Numbered from the stretch's first letter, positions 230,752 to 242,623 are shown. The stretch is DNA of 248,000 nt from Andalucia godoyi And28 (GCA_009859145.1 VRVR01000022.1:20001-268000), one strand, 5' to 3'. Program-made: numbers and translations. The notes: generated from the sequence alone by a model not told the origin.

Positions 230752-231691
230752 GCAGCAACTACAACAACAGCAGATGGCTGCAAATGCACAGCAGCGATCC
230801 ATGCCAAACTTGGGGATGTCTGGCCAGTTAGTCAATAGCAGCAGTTCTTCCCAGCCGAATTTGATGAATTTCGGGCAGGGTGTTGATTTGACCAATCCCG
230901 CTTTCCGTCAAATGCTACAGGCATTTTCCGGACCAGGGGTTTCAAATTTTATGCCCACTGGCTCGACGCAGCAAGGGAGCGGGGTCCAGAATGGAATGGG
231001 CAATGCAGGAGGTGCCATGCAGTCTCATCATCAGGCACAGGCACAGGCACAGGCACAAGCACAAGCACAAGCACAAGCACAGGCACAGATGCAAATGCAA
231101 ATGCAGCAGCCGCAAAGTCAACCACATCATCACTCGCAGCCACAGTCGCAGCCACAATCCCAACAGTCTGGTTCTACGTCGAGCAGCTTTGGTAGGAATG
231201 ATCCTACGCTTACACCTTCTGGGAATAATAATGTCATGAGCGGGACGCCGTTGTCGGGGGTCAACGTTGGCAGTGACGTTTCGGCAGCCGGGATGAAAGG
231301 GAGAAAACGAGCTGCCGTTGCGGTGGTGAAGGGGGAGAAGTCTGCCAAGATTGGGAAAGATGAGAAGGGACAGAGGAGCGTTGAGCGTCGGGCGTCTATC
231401 CAGAGCACCACGTCGAACACTGGTCCTTCTGTCGGTTCTTCAAAGGGGAAGGGAGGACCAAAAGTCGCTGCCAAGAGTCAATCTGGAATTCCTCCAGTTA
231501 CTCCATCTTCCGAGTTACCGTCATTTATGGGCTCGGATGCGATGCCGTTTCATCATGACCCATCGTTTGGTAGTGCTTCCCAGCTGACAAATCGTCCCCA
231601 CAGTCCCCCGTCTTTTTCGTTGGTTCCCGATGGCAGCGCTTCCCAGGACGATTTTCCTTTGGAGCAGTTTTTCTCCTACGACAATAATTAA
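228521..231691 (+). CDS. PolyQ protein with A_thal_3526 (TIGR01589-type) domain
   Basis: VQ.MIERCL..Y....E....L..Q..VDPG.T.LVW.KLEEQNPEFF.AY. Confidence 0.8.
230545..230770 (+). repeat. Coding CAG/CAA tract, about 75 Gln
   Basis: Direct reading. Confidence 0.95.
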
Positions 231692-232151
231692 CAAGCAATG
231701 ATCCGTGTTCAACGTTGTTCTCCTCCACGCATCGTGTCTTTTTTTTTTCTTTGCACCAGGAGCTCCATCCATCTCGATTTGCCGCGTCAAACATCCGAAA
231801 GTCACTGGAATCCCCGTTCGCTGTTCTGCTGTCTCTTCCCGCCTCGTTTTGCCCAATCCTTAAGCGCGTTGTGTTTGTTCCATTTCTTTTTCTTCTTTTA
231901 TTGGTTTCTTTTGTATCTGTAACATTTGTAGGTTTTTGTTTTTGTATTTTTTGTATGCATGTTCCTTGCAGGAGGGGGTTTTTCCATGTCCACTCTGGGA
232001 TATCTTTGTGTATGCGCATGTGGGAGTTTTGCGTTTGGGGGATAGAAGAGGAGGATGTACCTTTTGTATTGTATGATTAAATTTCCCGCAGACGTTGAAT
232101 CCGGTGCTTGTTATGGAGATGTTCCAAGAAGCGTACAGAATGAACCCTTGA

Positions 232152-233243
232152 CTACACCAATTTGTATTTGTGGTGATCCGCCTCGTAAATGGCGCCTTCG
232201 GCCTCCAAATATGCCAAGGCCTGTTGAATCTTTGGAATGGGCAAGTGCGCGAGAAATGGAAACATGGTTCGCAGTCCCGGCAGGATGCTTATGCTGGAAA
232301 ACGCCTGCTCACCCGCTCGCTGCTGCATGTAGACACGCACGAAATTGCCCAGCAAAGGAATCCGCAGAACCTCGTATGTATTCGGATCGTGCATTCTAAG
232401 ATCACCGCGTCCATAGAGTGTTTCAACTGCCTTTTGCAGAACACTATGCGTCTGTGACTGCTTCACGCCAAGCTCCACTGCATGCTTGTTGAATCCTACA
232501 CACAGATCCGCAGGAAGCTCGTTGAGCAATAAAAACTCAACATCCCGATGCGCATCCAAGTACTGCGACAAGTACGCGGAATGCGGATCCGTCGCTGCTC
232601 CTGCTGCCACCATCGTCAATGGCGGTGCCGGTGTCAACGCCGGTGCTGCCGGTGCTGGAGCTGCAGATGACGATGACGATGCCGATGCTAAAGACGCTGT
232701 CGCCAGCGCGGTTGCATCGCACTTTGCTGGCCGCACGAATCCAGGTCTGCACAAGCTGGGAGCAATATCAGGTGGCGGACGAGAATATACCGTCCTGAAC
232801 AAATGTACGCATTCAAGTACGAACAATGAAACGTCGTTCAGGTCGTCGCTCTTGACGATTTGCTCCACCGACACCTGTTTCGAAGATCCATACACGGATA
232901 TTCTGCCAAAGACATGCACAAGTTCGCCGAGCGCAACAGGCGAGACGCGCGCGTCGCTCGATCCTTTGTTGCTCGACCACATTGTGCATCCAATCACTGC
233001 GGACCCGTCGTCAATGCTGAAAGAAAACCGAGCATCTTGCCAGTGTCCAGGAGTCGAAACGACGAATCCAAGCAAATGACACGACAGGATCGGTCGCCTG
233101 CATAAAGAAAAGTAGCCAGATGCAGAGCCTGGATGCGGAGCTAGTGCATGGACATCCCGGATCAGCAGCTTCACACCGGCTTGAAACAGCGGATCCAATC
233201 CAAAGTAGTATTCACTTTGATAATTCCCACATGTAGTTTCCAT
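232152..233243 (-). CDS. STN1: CST complex subunit STN1
   Basis: RPI....L.G.VV, IDDGSAVI.C..W, VHVFG.I..Y..KQV OB fold; C-terminal winged-helix-like region. Confidence 0.75.
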   Translation of the reverse strand: METTCGNYQSEYYFGLDPLFQAGVKLLIRDVHALAPHPGSASGYFSLCRRPILSCHLLGFVVSTPGHWQDARFSFSIDDGSAVIGCTMWSSNKGSSDARVSPVALGELVHVFGRISVYGSSKQVSVEQIVKSDDLNDVSLFVLECVHLFRTVYSRPPPDIAPSLCRPGFVRPAKCDATALATASLASASSSSSAAPAPAAPALTPAPPLTMVAAGAATDPHSAYLSQYLDAHRDVEFLLLNELPADLCVGFNKHAVELGVKQSQTHSVLQKAVETLYGRGDLRMHDPNTYEVLRIPLLGNFVRVYMQQRAGEQAFSSISILPGLRTMFPFLAHLPIPKIQQALAYLEAEGAIYEADHHKYKLV

Positions 233244-233755
233244 TTCTTCTGCGTTCCGTTGGCAACAATTGAACTGTTTTCATCGTGTTCTATTTCGTTT
233301 TCATCATCATCTTCTGACAAAAAAACGCTTGAAACCCCAGCGTTGGGGGGGAATGGCTTTTTCCCAATCCGGTTAGAACTAAATAAAAAAGAAATCTCTC
233401 TCTCTTCCACGATTCCACGCTTTTGTTTTTCGTTCTTATTTCGTCTTGTGTGCCCGGGTCCTCGATCCTCCATCCTCGATTCCAAACCCTCAGTCCACTA
233501 CCCAAGCTCGGTAACAAATGTAGCGAGCAAGCGCTGGGTTAGAAAAATCGATTAGCGACACAGTGGTACTACTACTACTATTCATGCATCGTTTTCCCGT
233601 AATAAGTACTTTACGTTTGAATTCGTGGGACGGCAGCGTTACACACAATCTATTTGGAAAGCAGGAGAGGAGGAAGAAGAAAAATGACCATGTCCACCGC
233701 CAAACCGGACACACACACACACACACAGAGAAACACAAAACCGCCCAAATGGGGC

Positions 233756-234625
233756 TCATCGTTTGACCCACTGGAATCTCTTTCTTGCCTTTGCCTGACC
233801 GGGTTTCTTCCGTTCAACAACTCGGGGGTCTCTGCTGAGAAGTCCGTCCTGCTTGAGCAAAGCACGGTTGTCTTCCTTCAGACCCTGGAGTGCTCGTGCG
233901 ATTCCCAGTCGGAGTGCACCGGCCTGTCCGGAAAGGCCTCCGCCATGCACCGTAGCCCAAACGGCAACTTTCCCCAAGGAATCTGTGGCAAGAAGTGGTA
234001 GCAGCGCCTGGGACCGCTGTTCAAGCCCTGAGAAATAGTCCACCAATCGCTTGTTATTCACAAACAAGGCCACTCCAGAGGTTTCCATTGCAGCGCGCAT
234101 CTTTTGAAACGACGTACGGTTCTCCAAGACCTGCATGCGCGTGCTTGCCGTACCACTCTCATTGCTCGTCGAAGAAGATGCATAGAGATGGGCGGGAGAG
234201 ACCCACACGCGAGCAACAGCATCTTTGCGACGACCTGTGGCATACACTCTTCCAAACTCGTCCTTCTGGAAACAGACTGCCGCAGCAGCAGCATCGTCTC
234301 CTCGCTGACCCGCCCCTGCTGCAGACTCGGTCAATGACGAATCTTCAAGAAGAGCCTTGTCAAGAGCTGCACGGTCAAACACCCCTGCATCCGGATGCAG
234401 AAATGCATTCGCAGCAAGCGACTGCGCAACGTATGGAGACTCGGGAAACATCCGGCTCGTTATCGACCGTGCAGACTGGTACCATGGCTGTTTTGGAATG
234501 TCAGAAAGAGGAATCGACGGCGCAGCAGAAGCTGAAGCTGAAGCAGATGATGATGATGATGATGATGATGACGACGATGATAGCGTAGACGAGAACAATC
234601 GAGTGAATGCAAATCGACGAATCAT
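233756..234625 (-). CDS. MRPS9: Mitochondrial ribosomal protein S9 (uS9m)
   Basis: ATGRRK.AVARV, GGGLSGQAGA, RDPRVVERKKPG..KARK.FQWVKR. Confidence 0.95.
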   Translation of the reverse strand: MIRRFAFTRLFSSTLSSSSSSSSSSSSASASASAAPSIPLSDIPKQPWYQSARSITSRMFPESPYVAQSLAANAFLHPDAGVFDRAALDKALLEDSSLTESAAGAGQRGDDAAAAAVCFQKDEFGRVYATGRRKDAVARVWVSPAHLYASSSTSNESGTASTRMQVLENRTSFQKMRAAMETSGVALFVNNKRLVDYFSGLEQRSQALLPLLATDSLGKVAVWATVHGGGLSGQAGALRLGIARALQGLKEDNRALLKQDGLLSRDPRVVERKKPGQAKARKRFQWVKR

Positions 234626-235154
234626 TCTTGTTTCTTATTGTAACAAACGTCTATCTCTTTCTTTCCCCCCCTTTTTTTGTTGCCTTTATATCAGTGTTGT
234701 TGAATAAGCCGGAAAAAGCACACAGTACACGACAGCACCGACAATGGTGAGGATAATGGCGATGCAGCTGTCAACGATATGCAGTTGAAAAAAAAAAACC
234801 GCCAAAAATGCCAAATATATATATATATATATATAATATAAAATTAAATTAAAAAACAATAGTAAACCAATCCATAAACTCGCAATGAAATGAGCAAAAG
234901 ACGAGAGGCGCACAAAGACCTAACCCTTTCCAACCCTCAATTGTTGCTGTCCTCTTGTCGTCGTGATACTTATGAAAACAATGAGAAACTCCGAAAAGTG
235001 CCGAATCCGAGTTGACTTTTCCAAAGCCTTTTTCACGTTTCGTTTCGTTTCGTTTCGTTTCGTTTCGTTTCGTTTTTTTTTTTTTTTGGATTTTGTTCTG
235101 CAGAGGAGGACTTAAGAACAGGTTCGGGGGTGTGGCGACAGAAAAGCAAATACG

Positions 235155-236321
235155 ATGTACACGAGTGCGTCACCTTCGACGGACACCGATTCCGAGAGAT
235201 CCACAAGACCGCTTCATGTGGAAGAAGATGGAGTTGAGCTCCAAGTGCGATCATCCTCTTCCACGAACCGCAACTCGTCGTCCTCGTCCTCGTCCTCATC
235301 ATCGTCGTCGTCTGGCCTGGTTTCGAATGGCCGTAACCGGTACGTAACGACTGATTTTTCCATTGGGTCGTCCTCGAAGCAGAATGGGAGAGCGAATGGA
235401 AAAGGACCAAGGTCACGGAAAAACGACGAAGAATCGCATGCGCCACCCGTGTCATTTGCCGTGGAGCCTCCGATTGCAAAAATACTCGGGGAGGCTGTGG
235501 TTACTGTGCTCAAGGTATGCAAAACGTACCAGCTTCCGTCTGCGAAGAAGGATGCGAAACAGAAGAAAAAGGATAAGGAAGATGGAGCGGAGTCCGCGAG
235601 TGCAAGGGGGGTTGTTGCACTTCATGACATTACACTGTCTCCGAAATCGGAGTTTTACTCGATTCGAAGAGGCGAGTTCATTATGATTCGAGGCCCGTCA
235701 GGCGGCGGAAAAACGACGTTGCTGAATATACTTGGAACGATTGACAGGCCTTCTTCGGGAGAGCTTTACTTGCTTGGCGACCACGTGACGTCTGCATCGA
235801 CAGATTCGTTTCTTGCAGATCTGCGGCTGCGCAGGATAGGATTTGTGTTCCAGACGTTCAATCTAATTGCGACGATGAGCGCGTTTGAGAACGTGTGCCT
235901 GCCGATGACGCTTGCCGGGAAGTTGAAGGAAAAGGAATACAAGCTAAGGGCAAAGGAGCTGCTGCGGCTCGTGGGGCTTGGAGACCGAATGAACCATTTG
236001 CCAAGCGAGCTGTCGGGTGGCGAGCAGCAACGGACGACGATTGCCAGAGCGTTGGCAAATGAACCAGAGATTCTGCTTCTCGACGAGCCGACAGGAGACT
236101 TGGACACCCGAAACACTGTCGATGTCATGAACTTGCTCCTCGACATCAACCTCACCAATGGCACAACAATGGTCATGGTGACCCACAACCCAGACTTGGA
236201 ATGCTACGCGGACCGCATTCTGTATGTCAAGGACGGTACATTTGAAAAACAGGCCATCAATCTCGTCCAATCCCGCCTTGATTTTGACCAGTACGTATCC
236301 TTGTTGCACACTGAGAAATAG
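235155..236321 (+). CDS. Stand-alone LolD/MacB-type ABC ATPase
   Basis: GPSGGGKTTLLNILG, RIGFVFQTFNLI, LSGGEQQR, DEPTGDLD, VTHN. Confidence 0.88.
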   Translation: MYTSASPSTDTDSERSTRPLHVEEDGVELQVRSSSSTNRNSSSSSSSSSSSSSGLVSNGRNRYVTTDFSIGSSSKQNGRANGKGPRSRKNDEESHAPPVSFAVEPPIAKILGEAVVTVLKVCKTYQLPSAKKDAKQKKKDKEDGAESASARGVVALHDITLSPKSEFYSIRRGEFIMIRGPSGGGKTTLLNILGTIDRPSSGELYLLGDHVTSASTDSFLADLRLRRIGFVFQTFNLIATMSAFENVCLPMTLAGKLKEKEYKLRAKELLRLVGLGDRMNHLPSELSGGEQQRTTIARALANEPEILLLDEPTGDLDTRNTVDVMNLLLDINLTNGTTMVMVTHNPDLECYADRILYVKDGTFEKQAINLVQSRLDFDQYVSLLHTEK

Positions 236322-236446
236322 TATGCACGTGAACCTCTCCCGTCTCTTCCTCTGCCTAGTCCTAAAACCCACAAAATGAAATTTAAATCAATAATTCAAA
236401 AACCTGGTTTTAAATAATAATCATAATACTTTTTAAAAAAAAGAAA

Positions 236447-236519
236447 CACCCATGGAGGGGATCGAACCCTCGACCCCAGGATTAGAAGTCCTGCGCTCCT
236501 TCCACTGAGCTACACGGGC
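236447..236519 (-). tRNA. tRNA-Arg(TCT), intronless
   Basis: GCCCGTG..GCTCAGTGGAAGGAGC..CTTCTAA..GGTTCGATCC..CATGGGTG. Confidence 0.9.
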
Positions 236520-236973
236520 AACCGTTGGTAAAATGCGCCGATATTAGATAATGTAAACACACAAACACCCATCGTCCCGCAATACCAATTCGAGTGCTTT
236601 TGGAAACATGTTTTTGCTTTCAATGCTGTCTTGTATTTCTCTTCTTTCCCACAGTCTTCTTTCAGTCATTATTGTTCCGGGATTGATACGCCTACTCTTG
236701 CTCGGCCCTCCTATTTATCATCGCTGTTAGCACTGTAAGCGTTTGGATCCTCCACTTTTTTGTTTGTGTTTTGTACTGAATTTCGCTCCTGGTCTTGTGT
236801 TTGGACCCGGTGATATACGTTTTGCCTACATTCGGGTTGTTTATTACTATTATTATTATAATAATAATTATTATTATTCAGTTCCACTGCTAGGGGTTTT
236901 CATCGACCACTCTTCATCCAGATAAGGAGTTTGATTATAGCAGGGCTTTGTGAAGGCGAGGGAAGAAGAAAGA

Positions 236974-237462
236974 ATGACGAAACGCAGTGATTCCTACGAT
237001 TATGTAGACGAAGAGCTTGATTTGAACCCGAATTGCGCATGGATCCACTCCAAGGTGTTTTGGACAATGTACGTGTTTCTCATTTTTGCGTCTCGTGCGA
237101 TGCTTGCGAGTGTGAATGCGCCTCCGGGACACGCCTGGACCATTGTTGTGTTTTCGCATGCGGCGGTTACCTTTGTGCTGTTCCACTGGCTCAAGGGGAA
237201 TCCATTGGACGACTGGACGGGCGCACAGGGAAAGTTCCACAAGCTTACCTGGTGGGAGCAGCTCCAGTACGGACGTGTCTACACTCCCACTAAAAAGTTC
237301 CTGACGCTCATTCCAGTCGCCCTTTTCTTCTGCGCCGCCTATCACTTGCACGAAAATGACGTCTTTTTGCTCGTCCTGAACGCTATCGTAAGCTTCATAC
237401 TCGTCCTTGCAAAGCTTCCTGCCATGCACAAGGTCAGAATCATGGACATCAACAAGGGATAA
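236974..237462 (+). CDS. ORMDL: ORM1/ORMDL protein
   Basis: LNPNCAW, FHWLKGNP, LTWWEQL..G..YTPTKKFL, AKLP.MHKVRI. Confidence 0.93.
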   Translation: MTKRSDSYDYVDEELDLNPNCAWIHSKVFWTMYVFLIFASRAMLASVNAPPGHAWTIVVFSHAAVTFVLFHWLKGNPLDDWTGAQGKFHKLTWWEQLQYGRVYTPTKKFLTLIPVALFFCAAYHLHENDVFLLVLNAIVSFILVLAKLPAMHKVRIMDINKG

Positions 237463-237746
237463 ACTGTCCACAGTCTCCACAGTCTCCGCAGTCTCCACGT
237501 CGGCGCCGTTCGTCAAGAAAGAAGAAGAAAGGGGAAAAAAAGAAAACACAAAACCAACAAATCATCTTCGGATTTATCGACTGTAAAAACCACCATGCAC
237601 TACAACTGGCGATATTGTTTCGTCAACTTGAGTCTGCCCTCTCCAGCTCGCGGGAGAAAAAAGCTTTCTTAGAATTTTTCTAAAAGTACATATTTTCATA
237701 CGACTTTGAAGAATTGAAAGATAGAAATTTACAGGTTTTCATTTCG

Positions 237747-239228
237747 ATGGAACCGTTTCATGTGAATCCGCGGCATGTGGGATGTGTGCCCGAGTACAAG
237801 GCTCAGTTCGAGAGCGCATGCCCGTTTCCGCATCTTGTGATTCCGGATATTTTCGAGTCTGAGAATGGATTGGGGTTTCTGGACGAGCTTGAAGCGTCCG
237901 TTCGAGCTCTGGACTTCAATGAGAAGAATAACGACTTGTACTCGTTTCACCAATCGAATGATCTTCGGACGAGCCAAGACCCGATGATCTCGCATCTGCG
238001 GTCCTACATGTACTCAGAGTCGTTCCGGTCGTTCTTGTCCGATGTAACCGCACTGCAGTTTTCGTCGCAGGTGGACATGTCTGCTGCGATCTATCGTGAT
238101 ACAGACACGCTGCTTTGTCACGACGATCGGCTGGAAGGTCGTGTTATTGCGTACATTTTCTATCTGGTTCCGTCAGACTGGACTGGTGCAGACGGGGGGC
238201 ACTTGGACCTGTATGCACCGTGTGACAACGAGCAAGTGCTATCGATCGCAAAGTCGTACGTCCCGAAGCGAAACAGTCTGGCATTTTTCCAAGTCTCTGA
238301 AATGTCGTTCCACCAGGTCCGGGAGGTTCTTTCGGCTTCCAAAGACCGCATTTCTATCTCGGGTTGGTTCTACGCTCCAGAATCCAAGGACCTCGGATCG
238401 CAGGAGGCGTACCAAAATAGTAGAGCAAAGACACGAAAACAGTCGAAAGTGAGCAAGGATGAGACAGTGAATCGCAAGTTGATGAGACTCAATCCGATTC
238501 CGTGGGCGGACTGTTCCTTGAAAGCAGGCAGGGAAGGATTGCTGCTCGAATCCTGGATTTCAGATGTGTATTTGAAAGCGGAATCGCAAACACGGATTCA
238601 GGAAATGGTGTGCGAAAACTCGTACGCTGTCTTGGGTGACTTCCTCAACAGCCAGAAATTCAAGCAGCTGCGCGCCGCGTGGAGCTCTGCCAAACTGCAG
238701 TTCACATGCCTGGGCCCGCCACACATTCAGAATTACGAGTACCTTCGGGGAATCGGAAGCAGTGCCACGACTACCGCCACCATGGATGATGACTCGCTGA
238801 GTGTCCTGCATGACTGGTTTACCGTCATGCAAAGCGAGGAGTTCAAGCGGTTGCTTTGCTCCTTATCGGGATTCGACGACATGCCATCCTTGCTGTCCGC
238901 CTCTGTGAACCGGTACAAGTGGGGATCGTACACGATGGTGTATGATGATGCTGCCGTTCAGTCGAAGCGCGGAGAACTGCACTATTGGCATACCAGCATG
239001 ATTCCTGAGGATCCCGGGTTTGCGGGAATACCAGCAGATCCTGCAGAAGCTGGCGAAATGACAATCTACATGGATGAAGACGAGGTCCTCTTGAGCATAC
239101 CTCCTGCGGACAATGTACTGTGTTTGGTGTTTGCTGATCGCGGTTGCATGCGGTTCGTCAAGTACCTGAACCACAAGTCGTCGCCGTGGCAACGCTGCGA
239201 CTTGTCGTTTGTATCCACGTGCAAATAA
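237747..239228 (+). CDS. OGFOD1: Ribosomal prolyl 3-hydroxylase OGFOD1/Tpa1
   Basis: PFPH, NDLY.FHQS.DL, LLCHDD.LEGR, SFHQV.EV, R.SISGWF. Confidence 0.92.
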   Translation: MEPFHVNPRHVGCVPEYKAQFESACPFPHLVIPDIFESENGLGFLDELEASVRALDFNEKNNDLYSFHQSNDLRTSQDPMISHLRSYMYSESFRSFLSDVTALQFSSQVDMSAAIYRDTDTLLCHDDRLEGRVIAYIFYLVPSDWTGADGGHLDLYAPCDNEQVLSIAKSYVPKRNSLAFFQVSEMSFHQVREVLSASKDRISISGWFYAPESKDLGSQEAYQNSRAKTRKQSKVSKDETVNRKLMRLNPIPWADCSLKAGREGLLLESWISDVYLKAESQTRIQEMVCENSYAVLGDFLNSQKFKQLRAAWSSAKLQFTCLGPPHIQNYEYLRGIGSSATTTATMDDDSLSVLHDWFTVMQSEEFKRLLCSLSGFDDMPSLLSASVNRYKWGSYTMVYDDAAVQSKRGELHYWHTSMIPEDPGFAGIPADPAEAGEMTIYMDEDEVLLSIPPADNVLCLVFADRGCMRFVKYLNHKSSPWQRCDLSFVSTCK

Positions 239229-239380
239229 AGCAACTACCGCCCCTGTTATCAAGTGTTGGAAGCATGAGGTTGGAGTTTGAGCTCCGTAATAATACCACGC
239301 TGCTCCGTGAACAACACTCAATGCATGAAACTGTCTGGAGATGTAGTTAGTCGAGTCGTCGTCGCCACAATTTGAAGGGG

Positions 239381-239427
<47 letters not shown>

Positions 239428-239534
239428 AAGGGGGAACAGAATGTACAGTTAAGCAAGCAGATATAAACAGAACATGCACAAACGAACAGATTTCTAGCAG
239501 ACAAGGCAGGTAGGAGTTGAAAGGGAAAAAAAGG

Positions 239535-239639
<105 letters not shown>

Positions 239640-239644
239640 AAGGC

Positions 239645-241243
239645 TTAGCCAGAACGAAATGATCTTCGAGCTCTTTTGGGATCCGAAACCCTTTGTTCTG
239701 AAGTTTGCTGCTGCTCGTCAATGTCCATAGGCGTCGCAACTGCACTAGATGGAAGAGGAGCACTGTGGACAGAGGCCGCGGAGCTGAACGCAGAGCTACC
239801 GGGAAACAGTGCAGAACCTTCCGCTGATCCTTGCCCCTCATCTTGCATGGATTGCACATCTTGCATGCCGGATTCCGTGTTTGAAAGCACAATTTGCGAG
239901 CCGTCGTTTGACGAATGCACAAACTGCTTGCGGAAGCGTTTCCCGGAAATCAGCGGACTTTCTAGGCTCCGAGTCGCACCATTCGACGACACAGAAGGCC
240001 TCAGCAAGTTTTGGTAAACCTGCAGAACAACTGCTGGCGTATCGGCTGGCAACGAAACCGCAGATTGCGCAGGAAGCGACACTCCAGCATGTTTGGGCGA
240101 CGGCGGAATTGGCTGTTGCGGCGGCAGCTGCATCCGGCGTTGCGACTGTTCGGCAGGCGCCGGTTTGGAGCTGGAAGCCTTCGCACCAGGGAGATGCGGT
240201 TCGAGTAAGGAGGCATCTGGCTTCGACGAGAGAAGCAAACATGGGGACAGAGATGACATGAGGATAGCCTTGAGAATGACTGTTCCATCGAACAGCTGGA
240301 ACTGCGCGCGCAGCAGCTGGCTTCTTTTCGCCTCGTACACGCTCCGAGATGGATCCGTCTCGCTATCCTCCAAGTCCTTTTCTAGCGGATCAATCACGAA
240401 CGCGGTACCAAAGTCCCCGATGAATTTCTTATCAATCAAGCGCTCGGATGCATCGTGCGCCGTGCCGTCGGCTCTCGAGATGAAATCCCGGTACTTTTCG
240501 GCCTGCTTTGGGTTCAAAAACACGAATCGCTTCTGTCGGAAGAGAGAGCTCCGCATCGGGTTCGGTAGGAGAGAAACGGACGATGCATATGGCTCAAGAA
240601 ACGCCCGAGCAGCATCGCCCCACTCTGGGATAAACATGGCAGGATCCGGCATCACGACATCCGGTCTTTCAAGGAGTCTTACTGCTTCGACCCACGAAGG
240701 CTTCACAACCGGGCATCCGCTCAGCAAGGCCACGATAAGCTTTGGTGTGATCTCCACGGACTCCATTACCAAATGGGTGCACTCTGCGACCCAGTTTGAG
240801 CCATAATGGACATGTGCACCAATGACGGAAGCATTTTCGGCCAGAGCACCGAGAGTTTTTCGATTTGAAATCAGGGACGGACACAGTACGTACGGAATGT
240901 ATCTGACTTTCATGGTAGTGGAAAGCAGCCCGAACCGAATTGTTGAGTCATGTACAAGCTCCATTTCTTCATTTGTGACTAGTTTCTGTTCATTCGGGCC
241001 CGTCACAATAAACGACCCATACTTTGACGTGTCCCGGAGTGATATTTGTGGCCGAAATGAAAAATCCGATATGTGGTCAGGAGGAATAAGCCCAACAACA
241101 AGCTGTGCATGCTTGCGAGAAATGGACTTGTCTTGAGACAGCAAAATGTCACAGCCTCGACGACCAATAAGATACGTCCCACCACCAATCAAGTGCAAGT
241201 CATGTGCCACCGCGTCCTTCTGCGTCGAACTCAAAATCCACAT
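239645..241243 (-). CDS. NBN: Nibrin/NBS1 (FHA plus BRCT)
   Basis: MW.L..Y.IGR.GCDI....DKSISRKHA, SKYG.F, W..ECTHLVM, KRFRK. Confidence 0.85.
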   Translation of the reverse strand: MWILSSTQKDAVAHDLHLIGGGTYLIGRRGCDILLSQDKSISRKHAQLVVGLIPPDHISDFSFRPQISLRDTSKYGSFIVTGPNEQKLVTNEEMELVHDSTIRFGLLSTTMKVRYIPYVLCPSLISNRKTLGALAENASVIGAHVHYGSNWVAECTHLVMESVEITPKLIVALLSGCPVVKPSWVEAVRLLERPDVVMPDPAMFIPEWGDAARAFLEPYASSVSLLPNPMRSSLFRQKRFVFLNPKQAEKYRDFISRADGTAHDASERLIDKKFIGDFGTAFVIDPLEKDLEDSETDPSRSVYEAKRSQLLRAQFQLFDGTVILKAILMSSLSPCLLLSSKPDASLLEPHLPGAKASSSKPAPAEQSQRRMQLPPQQPIPPSPKHAGVSLPAQSAVSLPADTPAVVLQVYQNLLRPSVSSNGATRSLESPLISGKRFRKQFVHSSNDGSQIVLSNTESGMQDVQSMQDEGQGSAEGSALFPGSSAFSSAASVHSAPLPSSAVATPMDIDEQQQTSEQRVSDPKRARRSFRSG

Positions 241244-241748
241244 CTTTTCTTTTTTTCTTTTTGAACCCACCAGCCCCCCTCCTGCCTCGTGTTTCTCAAC
241301 TCTGCTCAACTCAGCTTGAATTTAACAAAAACAAACTACCTTTTGAAAAAACATTAAATAACCAAAACATTAAATAACCAAAACAAAACAAAAAAAAAAG
241401 ATTAATAAATAGTAATAATTAAAACAAAAACCTGTGTTACTGTTCTGATATGTTCTTCTTCCATGCATACACACATCAATGAAACTCTGAAGGAAACGAA
241501 GCCAAAGGGAAGTGGGAAAACACGCTTGAAGTGAATTTCGCATTGCAGGTTGAATCACTTGATGCTGAATGCGGGGGGCGTCTATTTTTATCACTTCTCT
241601 GCCATCATGAAACGAGAATGGAGCTGTTTTTGTGCGATGCTTTCCGTTGCTTTTCCTTTGGAATGTTTATTCATGTTTTTCAAAAAGGAAAAAGAAGAAA
241701 AAGAAGAAGAAAAAGAAGAGAGTAGCGCTGTGTTTTCCGTCCTGAATA

Positions 241749-242183
241749 ATGAAGATAATAATAGCAGTGGATGGCAGCAAGTCTGCGGATGCATGCTTTG
241801 ATTTCATTCGAGCAAACTTCAATCTTTCTGTTGTTTCCGACCTGATTTTGCTGACTGCTGTGGAAGGCCCGTCGTCGGATGCTGTGTATATATCCACGGA
241901 ACTTACGCGAGACATTGCGGCACAGTGTGACACGTTGGCTGCGGCGACACTGGATCGAATTGCGCATCTTGCAAAGGATGCAAAGTTTGCGAAAATCACC
242001 CGGTATGTCGCACATGGAAGACCGCAGCAAGTCATATTGGATGCTGTCGAGTCCTTCAAGGCAGATCTGCTGGTCGTTGGAAGGCAGGGACGAACAGCCG
242101 CTGCACAAAGAGTCCTGATGGGTTCCGTGTCGGAATTCTTAGTCAGAAACTCCCCGTGCACTGTCGCCGTTGTCAAGATGTAG
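241749..242183 (+). CDS. Universal stress protein (UspA)
   Basis: IIIAVDGS, G.P...I, DLLVVG.QG, LMGSVSEFLVRNSPC.V.VVK. Confidence 0.92.
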   Translation: MKIIIAVDGSKSADACFDFIRANFNLSVVSDLILLTAVEGPSSDAVYISTELTRDIAAQCDTLAAATLDRIAHLAKDAKFAKITRYVAHGRPQQVILDAVESFKADLLVVGRQGRTAAAQRVLMGSVSEFLVRNSPCTVAVVKM

Positions 242184-242623
242184 GACGAATCCCCCCTTTC
242201 CTCCTTCCCTTCCTGTTTCTCGTTCTCATTCTCGGTCTCCCAATATTTGGCGTCGTTTAACAAACAAACAATCAGTCAACAATGTATGCGATGTAATGCT
242301 GTGCAGCCCGTTTTGTAAAGGTTGCTTCCTTTTCTTTTTTTTGCGTTTAATAAAACAAAAAAAAAACCTTGTCTTTTTTTTTTTTGGTATTTGGCCTCCA
242401 AAGGCGCTGCCTCACCCAAGACGGCTTTGGATGGGAGGTGACGTTCAACGTTTTTTGCTCGCACTGCCTGTCGGAACCGGCATCAAAGCTGCCGGCATGC
242501 GGTTGCAAAAGGAACCTTCTTGTCGATCTGGGAACGAGAAAAACGCCCATTCCCATAATTTTTTCATCTATTTTTCTCTTTCAGCAATCGCATTCCCTCT
242601 GCTCGCTCGCTGTACAGATAACA

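Noticed and set aside
230314-230895. Poly-Cys, poly-Leu and similar ORFs; also RERERE, HTHTHT and SLSLSL ORFs elsewhere
   Set aside because: Alternative frames of trinucleotide or dinucleotide microsatellites.
236824-236832. AATGTAGGC on the minus strand, like the Fanzor right end
   Set aside because: Only 9 nt, lacks the terminal G and any upstream homology.
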